DNA from: Myxococcales bacterium
GTDB taxonomy: Bacteria > Desulfobacterota > Binatia > HRBIN30
NCBI GenBank assembly: GCA_037445065.1
Contig: JBBILD010000015.1
Coordinates: forward strand, 27,575-91,574
Direction: 5' to 3'
DNA length: 64,000 nt
Shown: in pieces, positions 20,651 through 30,054 of the stretch
Position numbering within the stretch: position 1 is the stretch's first letter
How the letters are laid out: every line of letters begins with the position of its first letter
Notes under the pieces: model-generated
Database searches by the model: none
Seen by the model: only the letters and a program-made list of their open reading frames with translations
Told to the model about the DNA's origin: nothing
Program-made: the position numbers and the translations under genes

Positions 20651-21784
20651 ATGAGAGCTCGCAACTTACTCGTGAAAATCGTGCTCGTGGGGTTGGTATG
20701 GGTTGCTGTGCAAGCAGGGGCGCAGACGACGAGCGATCTGGCCTGTTCGGGAGGGCCGCGGGACGGCCAATCCTGTCAGGGTGACGACGATTGTTTTGTT
20801 TCCTGCCCGACTTCGTTTGGTGCCTGCGTGGTTGTCCAAGGCGTGTGTGACGGCGGAGACTTCGACGGGTTTCCCTGCGATTGCCCCGGGGGGCGTTGCG
20901 TGGGAACAGGTGCGAGCGGTACCTGTCAGGGAGGAGCATTCGCGGGAGACTCTTGCCGCACGGCGGACGGCGAAGGGAACTGTGGAACGGGTAGCTCGTG
21001 CGTCGGCACGCAAAGGGTGTGCGTGGCCGGGAATTTCCGCGGTTTTGGTTGCTTGCGCAACACCCATTGCGAGGGCGCGAGCTGCGCCTCGACCGGGCGT
21101 TTTTGTGACGGCGGCGATTTTTCCGACTTTTCGTGTGCCGTTTCCGCAGATTGCAACTTGCCCACGCCGCAGACCACCCCAGGAGTGTGCCGTACGCCGG
21201 ATTTCGGCTGCGCCGCGGTGACTCCCACGTTTACGCCGAGCCCGCGTTTTACCGCAACGTATACGCCAGTCACGCCGACGCTGCCGCGTTCACCGACCGC
21301 ATCGGCGACGCCGAGAGCAGACACGCCCACCGCAACGGCGCGGGTTGGTACGCCCACGAGCATACCCCCGAGAAGTCCCGCTACCAGAACTCCGACCGCG
21401 GGCGCTGGCACGCCCACGCCCACCATTCCCAACAGCACCGTCCTGATAGCGCCCGCTTCCCGTGGCTCAGAGGTGCTGATGGTGGATCGTCCCGAGAGCG
21501 TGCCGCTGACCGGTACCATCACCCGCATTGGCAATCAGCGGGTGTGTACGCAGTTCATTCGGCGGGCCGGTTCGAACGAGATAGCGATCAATCCCGCGGT
21601 GAGCGAGGATGTACCGGCCGGGACGGTAGTGGTGTTCGGACCCTGCGGGGTGCGCCGAGAGTTCGTGCAAGAAAGCTGTGCTGTGGCTCCTGGGACGGGT
21701 AAGCCGTGGGGTTGGCTTGGTGGGGTAGGCGTGGTGTGGTTTGTGCGGCGCCTGCGGCGGACGAGGCGGAAACCGACCGTTTAG
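20651..21784 (+). CDS. Secreted Cys-rich repeat protein with Pro/Thr linker and MYXO-CTERM-like anchor
   Basis: Signal peptide; five C-x-[GA]G-x3-[GD]-x2-C repeats; TP-rich linker; C-terminal SCAVA, hydrophobic stretch, then RRLRRTRRK. Confidence 0.78.
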   Translation: MRARNLLVKIVLVGLVWVAVQAGAQTTSDLACSGGPRDGQSCQGDDDCFVSCPTSFGACVVVQGVCDGGDFDGFPCDCPGGRCVGTGASGTCQGGAFAGDSCRTADGEGNCGTGSSCVGTQRVCVAGNFRGFGCLRNTHCEGASCASTGRFCDGGDFSDFSCAVSADCNLPTPQTTPGVCRTPDFGCAAVTPTFTPSPRFTATYTPVTPTLPRSPTASATPRADTPTATARVGTPTSIPPRSPATRTPTAGAGTPTPTIPNSTVLIAPASRGSEVLMVDRPESVPLTGTITRIGNQRVCTQFIRRAGSNEIAINPAVSEDVPAGTVVVFGPCGVRREFVQESCAVAPGTGKPWGWLGGVGVVWFVRRLRRTRRKPTV

Positions 21785-22207
21785 GCGAGGCTGTTGCAGC
21801 GGCGGAGCGACGGAGGAAAAGTCGGCGCCGCTGCGCGCTTCCACTGGATCAGCTTTCGTGGCCCAAAAGCGGCCCGCGCACCCACGTCGAACCGTGTTCC
21901 TCCGAACGATGCGTTCCGGTGGCCCGGAGAGAGTTTCCTGCCCCAAGCTGAGCGTGTGGACTGCGGACGCCGGCTGGTCGTTTGGGCTTGGTTGAAGTAT
22001 CCGTACGTGTTTTGCTGGCCGCCCCATGGGTGCTTTTGGTGGCAGCCGTGGCGCACTCTGGTGTGCACAAATCTCTGCGCCTCCCTGGGGGAATGTTACT
22101 CCCCTCCTCTGGTTCAGCACGGCGCCTGTGTTGGCGTTGTAGGGTCCAAGCGCGGGGGAGTACCGGCTACCGACGGTGAAAGCCCCGCGACCAACGCGAG
22201 GAGCAGT

Positions 22208-23482
22208 TCACGGTGCTGGGTGGAACTCTGGGCGTGGGGTGGGTTGGGGAAGTTGGCCACCCACCGCCCGCTCGACATCGAAGCGAGCAAGGTGCAAGGA
22301 TTGCAGGGTTTCCACGTAGTCTTTTTGGATTTCCAGCCATTCGATTCTCTGATTCAGGAGGTCGGTTGTACCAGCTTCGTCGCGGCGCAGCAGGCGTTCT
22401 TGAAGGCGGACGTTTTCTTCGGCCAGGGGAAGCAACGTGGTTTGGAATAAGTGCACCTCTCGCTGGGCAAGTTCGTAAGCGCGACCTGCTTCTCGCACTT
22501 CCCGCTCTACCTGCCGGCGAAGATCTTCCAGCTGAGCCGCCAGACGGACCCGCTGTGCCGTTGCCTCTTGGAGGTCAGGTTCTTTGGTTTGGAACAAGGG
22601 CAGGGAAACGCCCACGTCTCCGCCACCAAAGTCGTTATTTTCGAAGCGGGAGTAGGATCCCGAAACGGTAATATTGGGGATTCGCTCTCTGCGCGTGACC
22701 TCGATTTGCGCTTCCGCAGCCGCGAGGGCGTGTTCGAAGGCTTGCAAATCAGCGCGGTTCCCTTGCGCGGCGCGGACCAGTTCCGTGATCGCGGGGAGTT
22801 CGAAGGACACGGGGTCCAGGTTCCCCACCAATTCCAGTTCGCCGCTCGGCTCGATATCCAGGAGACGCCGCAACGCATCCACTTGGCTCGCGAGTTCTCG
22901 TTCTGCCGCCCAAAGCTCGCGCTCGTAGCGGGTTGTTTGCAGACGTAAGGTGTTTGCCTCGATCCGCTCGGGAAGGGTTGCCTGGCGGGGCTGTGCAATC
23001 TTTGCCAGGTTTTTTGCGAGGTCTACTTGCTCCGATAGAAGGCGAGCCCGCTCCCGTTGGGCAATGGCACGCACGAAGGTGGACTTGACCTCGGCCACAA
23101 GCGCGACTTGTTTCTGCTGCAGATTCGCGTGCTCCTGCTCCAGGTTGTGTGTAGCCGCTCGCATGCGAGGCTTACGCTGTCCGGCCACCTCGATCTCTTG
23201 CGAGAGGAAAGCGAAGTAGTTCGGGCGCCCTCCGGTTTCGGCGCGCCGAGATGCGCCGACACTCAGGAAGGGGTTGCTCGGCAGGAGAGCCGAAGAGCGG
23301 CGCACAGCCGCGGCAGCGACTTCGAGTTCTTGAGCCGAGGCGCGAAGATCCAGGTTGAACTGGATCGCGCGTTGCACGGCTTCTTCCATGGTCAGCCGCA
23401 GTGGTTCTGCCATAGCCCCGACCGGGGTTATGGCCACGAGGAAAACGATTCCAGTGGCGAAGAGAGACCAGGGACTCGACAT
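22208..23482 (-). CDS. TolC-family outer-membrane factor (CzcC-like)
   Basis: Signal peptide, LTMEEAVQRA, LPSNP, LSQEIEVAGQR, RIPNITV, VSLPLF motifs. Confidence 0.85.
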   Translation of the reverse strand: MSSPWSLFATGIVFLVAITPVGAMAEPLRLTMEEAVQRAIQFNLDLRASAQELEVAAAAVRRSSALLPSNPFLSVGASRRAETGGRPNYFAFLSQEIEVAGQRKPRMRAATHNLEQEHANLQQKQVALVAEVKSTFVRAIAQRERARLLSEQVDLAKNLAKIAQPRQATLPERIEANTLRLQTTRYERELWAAERELASQVDALRRLLDIEPSGELELVGNLDPVSFELPAITELVRAAQGNRADLQAFEHALAAAEAQIEVTRRERIPNITVSGSYSRFENNDFGGGDVGVSLPLFQTKEPDLQEATAQRVRLAAQLEDLRRQVEREVREAGRAYELAQREVHLFQTTLLPLAEENVRLQERLLRRDEAGTTDLLNQRIEWLEIQKDYVETLQSLHLARFDVERAVGGQLPQPTPRPEFHPAP

Positions 23483-23525
23483 AGCGGCGCCTTGTTAAAC
23501 GAGACTCGAGGCCAGGGAAAGACAG

Positions 23526-23561
23526 AAAAAAGGGCACGCGGTGAATTCACCGCGTGCCCTT
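23526..23561 (-). terminator. Intrinsic terminator of the HKP-repeat gene
   Basis: Perfect palindrome AAGGGCACGCGGTGAATTCACCGCGTGCCCTT (23530-23561) with an A-run at 23526-23531 that reads as a U-tract on the minus strand; 26 nt past the stop codon. Confidence 0.85.
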
Positions 23562-23587
23562 CGAGATACAAACGAGATCGTTGGCTT

Positions 23588-23890
23588 CTACTTATGCGGC
23601 TTATGGGGCTTGTGCGGCTTGTGGGGACGCAGCACCGTGGGCGGGCGAACCGCCTTCTCGGGCCGCTCGGGTTGGACGTGCGGCTTGTGCGGTTTGTGCG
23701 GCTTGTGCGGGCGCTGCACTGTGGTCGGATGCTGTGGCCTTTCCGGCCGCTCTGGCTGCACGTGTGGCTTATGCGGCTTGTGTGGCTTGTGTTGCGCGAG
23801 TGCTCCTTGCGCGACAGGCAGGGCCATGAAGGCGGCAGCTCCTAGCGCAGCCACAAAGCCTCGAGTTACCCTCCACAGTTTTTCCGGCAT
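23588..23890 (-). CDS. Small secreted His-Lys-Pro repeat protein (100 aa)
   Basis: GGGGAGGGA RBS, signal peptide ending ALA-Q, three HKPHKPHKPH blocks with only synonymous codon variation, downstream terminator. Confidence 0.8.
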   Translation of the reverse strand: MPEKLWRVTRGFVAALGAAAFMALPVAQGALAQHKPHKPHKPHVQPERPERPQHPTTVQRPHKPHKPHKPHVQPERPEKAVRPPTVLRPHKPHKPHKPHK

Positions 23891-24001
23891 GACTCCCTCC
23901 CCGTTTTTCTGAACCTTTCTCACCCGACCGTTATCTGAAATCACGCAGCAGGCTGTTACCTGAATCGTGTACCCGTTGTCAAGAAGGTTTCGCAAGATTT
24001 T

Positions 24002-24244
24002 TTATTTTTCTGGCCCGTCGCCATCGGCCCCGGGTTCCTCGACCCAAATCAGGTGCGCCCCGCAGTGTAGGCAGAGAGCGTCGAGGTACGTAACGCCGTT
24101 CACGCTCCCGAGGGGGAAGCGCTGCCGGTGCTTGCGCCCCGCGACGTCCTCACAGCGGTGGGTGACAAGCCGCCCCTTACCACGGACCGCAACCCGGGTC
24201 GCTGGGCCAGGGTTGATCGGGCTGAAGGTTACGACGAACGCCAC
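24002..24244 (-). CDS. Small hypothetical protein, possible Zn ribbon (HRC...CLHC)
   Basis: GTG start after a GAGGAGGA RBS inside the 3' end of metF; 80 aa. Confidence 0.6.
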   Translation of the reverse strand: MAFVVTFSPINPGPATRVAVRGKGRLVTHRCEDVAGRKHRQRFPLGSVNGVTYLDALCLHCGAHLIWVEEPGADGDGPEK

Positions 24245-25119
24245 GGTTCCTCCTCGAGAAGTTGTGCCAAAATCGCGCGTGTGGCGGGAGACTGATTGAG
24301 CGTATAAAAATGGATGCCTGGCGCCCCGTGCTGCAAAAGGCCCCGGCATTGCTGCAGCGCGTGCTCGATTCCCACTTGCCGCACCGCGTTAGGATCCCCG
24401 TCGGCAGCGCGCAAACGGTGGTGCAATGGCGCCGGGATTGTGGCGCCACACATTTGCGTGAAGCGCTCGATTTGGGAGAGGTTGGTGACCGGCATGATCC
24501 CGGGAATAATCGGCACAGTGATGCCGCGGCGGCGGGCCCTGGAGACGAACGAGTAGAAGAACTCGTTGTCAAAGAAGAGTTGCGAGATGAGAAAGTCCAC
24601 CCCGGCGGCAACTTTCTCGCTCAGGTGATCCAGGTCTGTTTCGAGGTCGGGGGCCTCGATGTGGCCCTCTGGGTAGCAGGCTCCTCCCAGGCAAAAATCG
24701 AAACTCTCAGAGCGAATGAACTGCACGAGTTCGCGGGCATAACGGAAGCCATCCGGAGGCGGCTCGAAACGCGGTTGGTCGCGTGGGGGATCACCGCGCA
24801 AAGCGAGCACGTTTTCGATGCCGCTTGCCTGCAGGCGCTCCAAAATCGAGCGCAGTTGTGCGCGGCTGCTGCCGACACAGGTGAGGTGAGCCATGGCCTC
24901 GAGACCGAGGTCGTGCTTGATGCGGGTGACGAGTTCGACCGTTTTCTCGCGCGTGCTTCCGCCCGCACCGTAGGTGACCGAGACGAAGCTCGGGCGCAAC
25001 GGGCGCAGTTGCTCGATGGTGGCGAACAGCGCCTCCTCGCCCGCGGCGGTCTTGGGGGGAAAAAACTCGAACGAGAACACTGGCGTTTGCTGGTTGCTGA
25101 GGAGGTCCCGAATGCGCAT
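24229..25119 (-). CDS. metF: Methylenetetrahydrofolate reductase
   Basis: FSFEFFPPK, SVTYGAGGS, AHLTC, LALRGD, YPEGH, SQLFFD, HFYTLN motifs. Confidence 0.96.
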   Translation of the reverse strand: MRIRDLLSNQQTPVFSFEFFPPKTAAGEEALFATIEQLRPLRPSFVSVTYGAGGSTREKTVELVTRIKHDLGLEAMAHLTCVGSSRAQLRSILERLQASGIENVLALRGDPPRDQPRFEPPPDGFRYARELVQFIRSESFDFCLGGACYPEGHIEAPDLETDLDHLSEKVAAGVDFLISQLFFDNEFFYSFVSRARRRGITVPIIPGIMPVTNLSQIERFTQMCGATIPAPLHHRLRAADGDPNAVRQVGIEHALQQCRGLLQHGAPGIHFYTLNQSPATRAILAQLLEEEPWRSS

Positions 25120-25577
25120 GGAAGGCGAGTCAAACTAGTCAAAACCGAGGGCTCCAGGCAATCTCACCGCGTTCTAGAGAGGTCGAAACTCCACCGGGCT
25201 TGACGGAAAGGGCCCAAATTCGCCATGGGAAACGTTCGTTCCGAAGACTAGACTGATCGCAAAAGACATATTGGCTCCCGTCCCGACGAGGGGAGCTGCG
25301 ATTTTTGCTGAACGTTTGTGGAATCCGGTGGAGATGACCAGCGGCGGCGCGAGGACGAGGAGAACTCCAGCCAAGATGGAGCGGGAGACCTACGCGCTGC
25401 AGGAGGCCGTGCGGTTCTCGCAAGAACCGTACTCTGCGTGGCTCGCGCGGTGGACCGCAGCCGCCCCCAAGGGCGGGGCGCGGAACTGCGCGCGGTTGGT
25501 TGGCAGGCAGGGACTCGGGGCGTGCCGTTGTGCGAGAAAGAATTGCAGCTCCCGAGCGGGAGAGCCGAGGAAGATTC

Positions 25578-28094
25578 ATGGCCAAAGTGATGTTGATCAA
25601 CGTGACGCACGCGGAGGAAAGCCGCGTTGCGATCGTCGCGGACGGAACTTTGGTTTCGTTCGAAATCGAGTCGTTCAACCGCGAACACCTCAAAGGCAAC
25701 ATTTATAAGGGCGTGGTGCAGCGGGTCCATCCCGCGCTGGAGGCGGCCTTTGTTGATATCGGGGCAGAGCGCGACGCGTTCCTACCTCTCGACGAAATTT
25801 GCTTCCGCAATCTGCCTCATCCGGTACGGGCCAGCGGGAATGGGGAGCGCCGGCGGCCGCGGATCCAGGACGTCGTCAAGCCCGGAGATGAGCTGCTTGT
25901 ACAAATCGTCAAGGAGCAGTTTGGGAGCAAGCCGCCGACCCTGACCACGTTTTTCTCTCTGCCAGGCCGTTTCTTGGTGTTGCTGCCCGGTTCTGACGAA
26001 GCAGGCATCTCGCGCCGCATCGAGGGAGCGGACCGCGTACGCGTGCGGGAACTGGTCGAGAAACTCCAGCCGCCGGAAGGGTTCGGAATCATCGTTCGTA
26101 CGGTCGTTGGCTTCGACCCTGGGCTGGCCGACTTGCAGCGTGACTTGACGTACTTGCTCCGGCTTTGGGAACGCATCCAACAGGTAGCCCAAAGTAAGCG
26201 TGCCCCCGCGCTGGTGTACCGCGAACACGATCTAGTGCTGCGTAACATCCGCGATTACTTCACGCCGGACATCGACGAAATCTATGTGGACAACGAGGAG
26301 GTGTTCGAAAGGGCGCGGCAATTTCTGCGCGACGTGCTGCCGGAAAAGGAACACGCTCTCCGGTTGTACCAGGGCGACAAGCCGATTTTCTCGCAGTTCA
26401 ACATCGAGTCGCAGATCGAGTCGATCTACAAGCGGCGCGTGCCGCTTAAGTCCGGCGGCTACATCGTGATTGACGGCACCGAGGCACTGACGGCCATTGA
26501 CGTAAACTCCGGGCGGGCCACGCGCGGTGCCAACCAGGAAGAGACAGCCTTTCGCACCAACCTCGAGGCGGCGGTGGAAATTGCGCGCCAGTTGCGGTTG
26601 CGCGACGTGGGTGGCCTGATCGTGATTGACTTTATCGACATGCGCAACCCGCAGCATATCAGCGAGGTCGAAAAGGCCCTGCGGACCGCGATGTTCGAAG
26701 ACAAGGCTCGCCACGAAGTGGGTCGCATTTCGCACTTTGGCTTGCTGGAAGTTTCGCGCCAGCGGCTCCGCCCCGCGGCGACCGCAACGACCTACGTCAC
26801 TTGCCGGATGTGCGACGGCTACGGGCTCGTCCGCACCACCGAGTCGGCAGCGCTGGTGGCGTTGCGGAAGGCGCATAACCGAGTGGCACAGGGAGATGTG
26901 GGGAGCCTCAAAGTTTCTCTGCCGACCGACGTGGCGATGTATCTTTTGAACCAGAAGCGGGAGGATTTGGCGCAGCTTGAGCGCCGGTATGGGGTGAAGA
27001 TCTTGGTGCAAACGCGTGAGGACCTCATGCCGCACCAATGCGAGATCGAAGTGAAGGCGCGCACAGAGACCGCGGCTTCGGAGGTCACCCCGCTTCTGCG
27101 CTTGGGCGGAGTGGCGGCACCGGCAGCGGCTGTTTCCCCGGCGAAGGGCGAAGCTGCAGTAGAACAGGAAGTGACGAACGCCGCGTCACCCCCAGAGTCC
27201 GAGCCTGCTACTAGCGGTGCCGAGAACGTAGCAGCCGGGAGCGGGCAAGAGGCGCCGGAACGAACGGCGCGCAAGCGGCGACGGCGCGGCCGGCGACGCG
27301 GCCGCGGGCGGCTGGCGGCCGAATCGCTGCAGGTAATGGTCCAAACGCTCGCGGCGCATGTGCCTGGATTGGCTGAACGCGGGAGCAGTGGAGCGCCGGA
27401 TGCGTTTCCCTGCGAGGCGGAACGGACGGTCTCGACGGATGCCAGCGTGCTGATCCACGCGGCCCAATCCCCAGTTACGAGTGGCGCGGCTGTCCAAGAG
27501 GAGAGTTTCGTGCCAATGACGGTGTCCGTGGTGTCTGGGGCGGGAGCGACTCCGCATTCGGAGGCGATCGTGATCGAATCCTCGCCACAGGCCGCAGCGG
27601 AGCGACGAACGGAATCCGATACCGGCTTTGCGCGCGCAGGCGGCGAGACTGGTGTGTCGCTCGAGCCGGGGTTTTCCGATCAGCGAGCAGAGGAAGCCGG
27701 TGGGGCGCCGGGACCGAGCGAACCGGAGCACGGTGTACGAGCAAGTGAGGAGCCCGCGGGTGGTGAGGAGGCAGGGGCACAGGCGGGAGAGGTTGTCAGC
27801 GCACCCGCCCGTGAGGCAGGAGAGAAGGTCCCGGCACGTTCTCGACGGGCTCGAGCGGGTAGGGGTGGCGTGAGAGGCACTGGGGAAGAGAAACCCGCCA
27901 AGTCCCAAGGCGCTGCCCGCAAGCAACAAGGTGGGGGCGGGTCTCGTCAGACGCGGACCAAAGCGTCTGCTGAGCAAAAGAAGAAGAAAGCCACTGCGAC
28001 GAGGCGCTCGCGTGCAACTGCGGCGAAGAAGCGCTCCTCGAAAACGGCGCGCTCCGGAGCACCGGATGGCGGGCTTCCGGATTCCGAATCGTAA
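25578..28094 (+). CDS. rne: Ribonuclease E (Rne/Rng family) with long disordered C-terminal tail
   Basis: KGNIYKG..LEAAFVD (S1 domain), TEALTAIDVNSG, RQLRLRDVGGLIVIDFIDM, Zn-link CRMCDG, Arg-rich RKRRRRGRRRGRGR. Confidence 0.95.
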   Translation: MAKVMLINVTHAEESRVAIVADGTLVSFEIESFNREHLKGNIYKGVVQRVHPALEAAFVDIGAERDAFLPLDEICFRNLPHPVRASGNGERRRPRIQDVVKPGDELLVQIVKEQFGSKPPTLTTFFSLPGRFLVLLPGSDEAGISRRIEGADRVRVRELVEKLQPPEGFGIIVRTVVGFDPGLADLQRDLTYLLRLWERIQQVAQSKRAPALVYREHDLVLRNIRDYFTPDIDEIYVDNEEVFERARQFLRDVLPEKEHALRLYQGDKPIFSQFNIESQIESIYKRRVPLKSGGYIVIDGTEALTAIDVNSGRATRGANQEETAFRTNLEAAVEIARQLRLRDVGGLIVIDFIDMRNPQHISEVEKALRTAMFEDKARHEVGRISHFGLLEVSRQRLRPAATATTYVTCRMCDGYGLVRTTESAALVALRKAHNRVAQGDVGSLKVSLPTDVAMYLLNQKREDLAQLERRYGVKILVQTREDLMPHQCEIEVKARTETAASEVTPLLRLGGVAAPAAAVSPAKGEAAVEQEVTNAASPPESEPATSGAENVAAGSGQEAPERTARKRRRRGRRRGRGRLAAESLQVMVQTLAAHVPGLAERGSSGAPDAFPCEAERTVSTDASVLIHAAQSPVTSGAAVQEESFVPMTVSVVSGAGATPHSEAIVIESSPQAAAERRTESDTGFARAGGETGVSLEPGFSDQRAEEAGGAPGPSEPEHGVRASEEPAGGEEAGAQAGEVVSAPAREAGEKVPARSRRARAGRGGVRGTGEEKPAKSQGAARKQQGGGGSRQTRTKASAEQKKKKATATRRSRATAAKKRSSKTARSGAPDGGLPDSES

Positions 28095-28173
28095 CGCGTC
28101 TTCCGCCGATGATCTGCCCCCTGAGCTGGGCAGGGCCTCTCAGGGTCTACCCAGCCCAGGCAGTGGGCCCTGT

Positions 28174-28962
28174 TCAGAACGTGGGGCCGTTATTGTGGCA
28201 GAGAAAGCCGTCTCGCGGCTTTGGCTGGCAAACGATTTGTTCGTCAATCCCGTCGTCGCCGATGCTTAGGCACATTTGGAACACGACGCTGAAGTATCCA
28301 GGGGGAAACTGCGGGGTGTTGTACTGGAATTGGAAAATGTAGCCGGGACCGACTTCTTTTGGGCGCACACGGACCCAACCCTCCGGTGCTTCCGCGATCC
28401 AGCCGGCTCCGTCCCTCCGAAAGACCAAATCCGTCATGCGAGCCACCACGATACCGTCCTTGTCCGTCAGCGAGAACGATCCGATTTCGGTGTCGGGATC
28501 AATGCCGTTTGAACGCCGATCGAGGCGAAACTCACCCGGTTTATTCGTGATGATCGGGATCGAGGCCGGATAGTTGTAGTACACTTGGCCAATCTTGTTG
28601 CCGGTTCTGCATGCCGGGGGCTGCGGGCAGGTTACGGGCACACCCGGACAACCCTGAGCCCCGATGACGGCGGTTGGGGTGGCTGTTGCGGTTGCGGTGG
28701 GAACTCCGCCGGGAGCACCGGTACTGAAGGTTGGGGTCGGGGTCGCGGGTGGGAGGATGGTTTGCCGCGGGCCCGGTGGCCGGGTGGGACGTGGAATTCG
28801 CGTTGGGCGTGGCTTCGGCGTCGGCCGAGGAGGCCGCACTACGCGCCGGGTCGGTTGCGACTGTGCCTCCGTGCTTTCCGCACGGACTAGGATGAACCCT
28901 GGCGCGAGAACGAGAAGCGCGCCCGGAAGCAGTTTGCTCCAATTTCTGAACCTGCCTCGCAT
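28174..28962 (-). CDS. Secreted hypothetical protein with Arg/Pro/Thr-rich N-terminal linker
   Basis: GGAGGG RBS, signal-like LLPGALLVLAPGFILVRA, PT/PR-rich stretch, Cys-containing beta-rich C-terminal domain. Confidence 0.7.
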   Translation of the reverse strand: MRGRFRNWSKLLPGALLVLAPGFILVRAESTEAQSQPTRRVVRPPRPTPKPRPTRIPRPTRPPGPRQTILPPATPTPTFSTGAPGGVPTATATATPTAVIGAQGCPGVPVTCPQPPACRTGNKIGQVYYNYPASIPIITNKPGEFRLDRRSNGIDPDTEIGSFSLTDKDGIVVARMTDLVFRRDGAGWIAEAPEGWVRVRPKEVGPGYIFQFQYNTPQFPPGYFSVVFQMCLSIGDDGIDEQIVCQPKPRDGFLCHNNGPTF

Positions 28963-29956
28963 TGCGTCCCTCCTGCTGGAAGTTGCTGCTGGATACACGG
29001 TTACCCGGCGCAACACAAGACGAAAAGCTCTCGCTTCGCCGGTTGATGTATTGGAAAAAGTGCTTGCGGTTCGCGGGGAGTTTCTGTGCGGTGGAGGCTG
29101 GGGCTGGCATACGGAATCGAACGATGGACTCCGAACCCACGCGCGCCTGCTCCGGTAGTGGGTTCCTGGTCCGCAGTGTTCTCGCCACCTAGCAATGGCG
29201 TCAGCGAGAACGCGCGCGACGGGAAGCGGTAGGCTGGGTTGTGGATGGCCCCCGCCACGCCAGTCCTCGCAGAGGCAGCGCACCTGTGCGCTTTTGAGGT
29301 ATGAAAAAGGAGCTGTGGCGCGCTGTTCGACTCGGGACGCTGCTTCTCAACTGGAGCGGAAGAGCAACTTGCAGCCGGCCACGCGGGGACGAGGGCAAAT
29401 AGGACGCTCCACTTGCGGGCTCGGAAAGCGGCCAGCCACTCACCTGGGGCCGTGCAAAGAGTCGAGAGGAATGCCCAAACTTCGAAGCCTTCACCATCCA
29501 ACAAGTTGCATGTTGCTGAATGTTGTCGGAGACGTGCGGCGTCTGGACGCAGCACGATCCTGGCAGCGATTCCGAGCAGGGAGGAGGGCGGCATCGGGAG
29601 TCGGGAGTGGCCCCGAGGCTGTGTGCAACACCGTGGAACCTGGCTCGCTCCCGAGGTCGGCGAACGGTCAGGCTGTGCGGCCGAGAGAGCTGCAGGAGAA
29701 CGTTCGCTAGACAAGCCCCGCTTCGCGGTTTGAAGCGGGGAGCCGCGTCGAACGTTGCCGGCTTTGGTCTCTGTGCTGTGCTTTCTATGGCGGTGCCGGA
29801 GGCCAATGCAGCCGCTTCGCAGGATGTTGAGGTAACGAGCGGTGCCGCAGGGGCGGAAAGCAGAGACATCATGGAATCCGTTCGACTTGTGTACTTTCCC
29901 GCGGCCTCTCTCTGCAGAGACACCAAACGAGGGCTCGCAGATTTTTCTATTTGTGC

Positions 29957-30002
29957 TGTCAAGGAAAGTCCGTTGACAAACTTTGCTAACGGGCGGCATA
30001 AT
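29957..30002 (+). promoter_or_regulatory. Candidate sigma70 promoter with inverted repeat over the -35 box
   Basis: TTGACA (29973-29978), 18 nt, CATAAT (29997-30002); TGTCAA-N10-TTGACA dyad and an AT-rich patch upstream. Confidence 0.55.
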
Positions 30003-30054
30003 CCGGCTTGCTTTGGCAGGCGAAGGGGGCTGCCGGGCAGGAGGTCGACACGTG

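Noticed and set aside
23541..23912. Plus-strand ORF with CGLCGLCG repeats resembling a metallothionein
   Set aside because: It is the antisense shadow of the HKP gene: repeat variation is non-synonymous on this strand (C/W) but synonymous on the minus strand, which also has the RBS, signal peptide and terminator.
25120..25330. SAM riboswitch upstream of metF (also checked upstream of thrC-metB)
   Set aside because: No S-box core (ATC.AGAG..GAGGGA..GCCC..GCAACC) was found.
29961..30010. RNase P-like words AGGAAAGTCCG and AATCCGGCTT
   Set aside because: The two words are only about 30 nt apart, whereas RNase P RNA separates them by roughly 300 nt; they overlap a plausible promoter instead.
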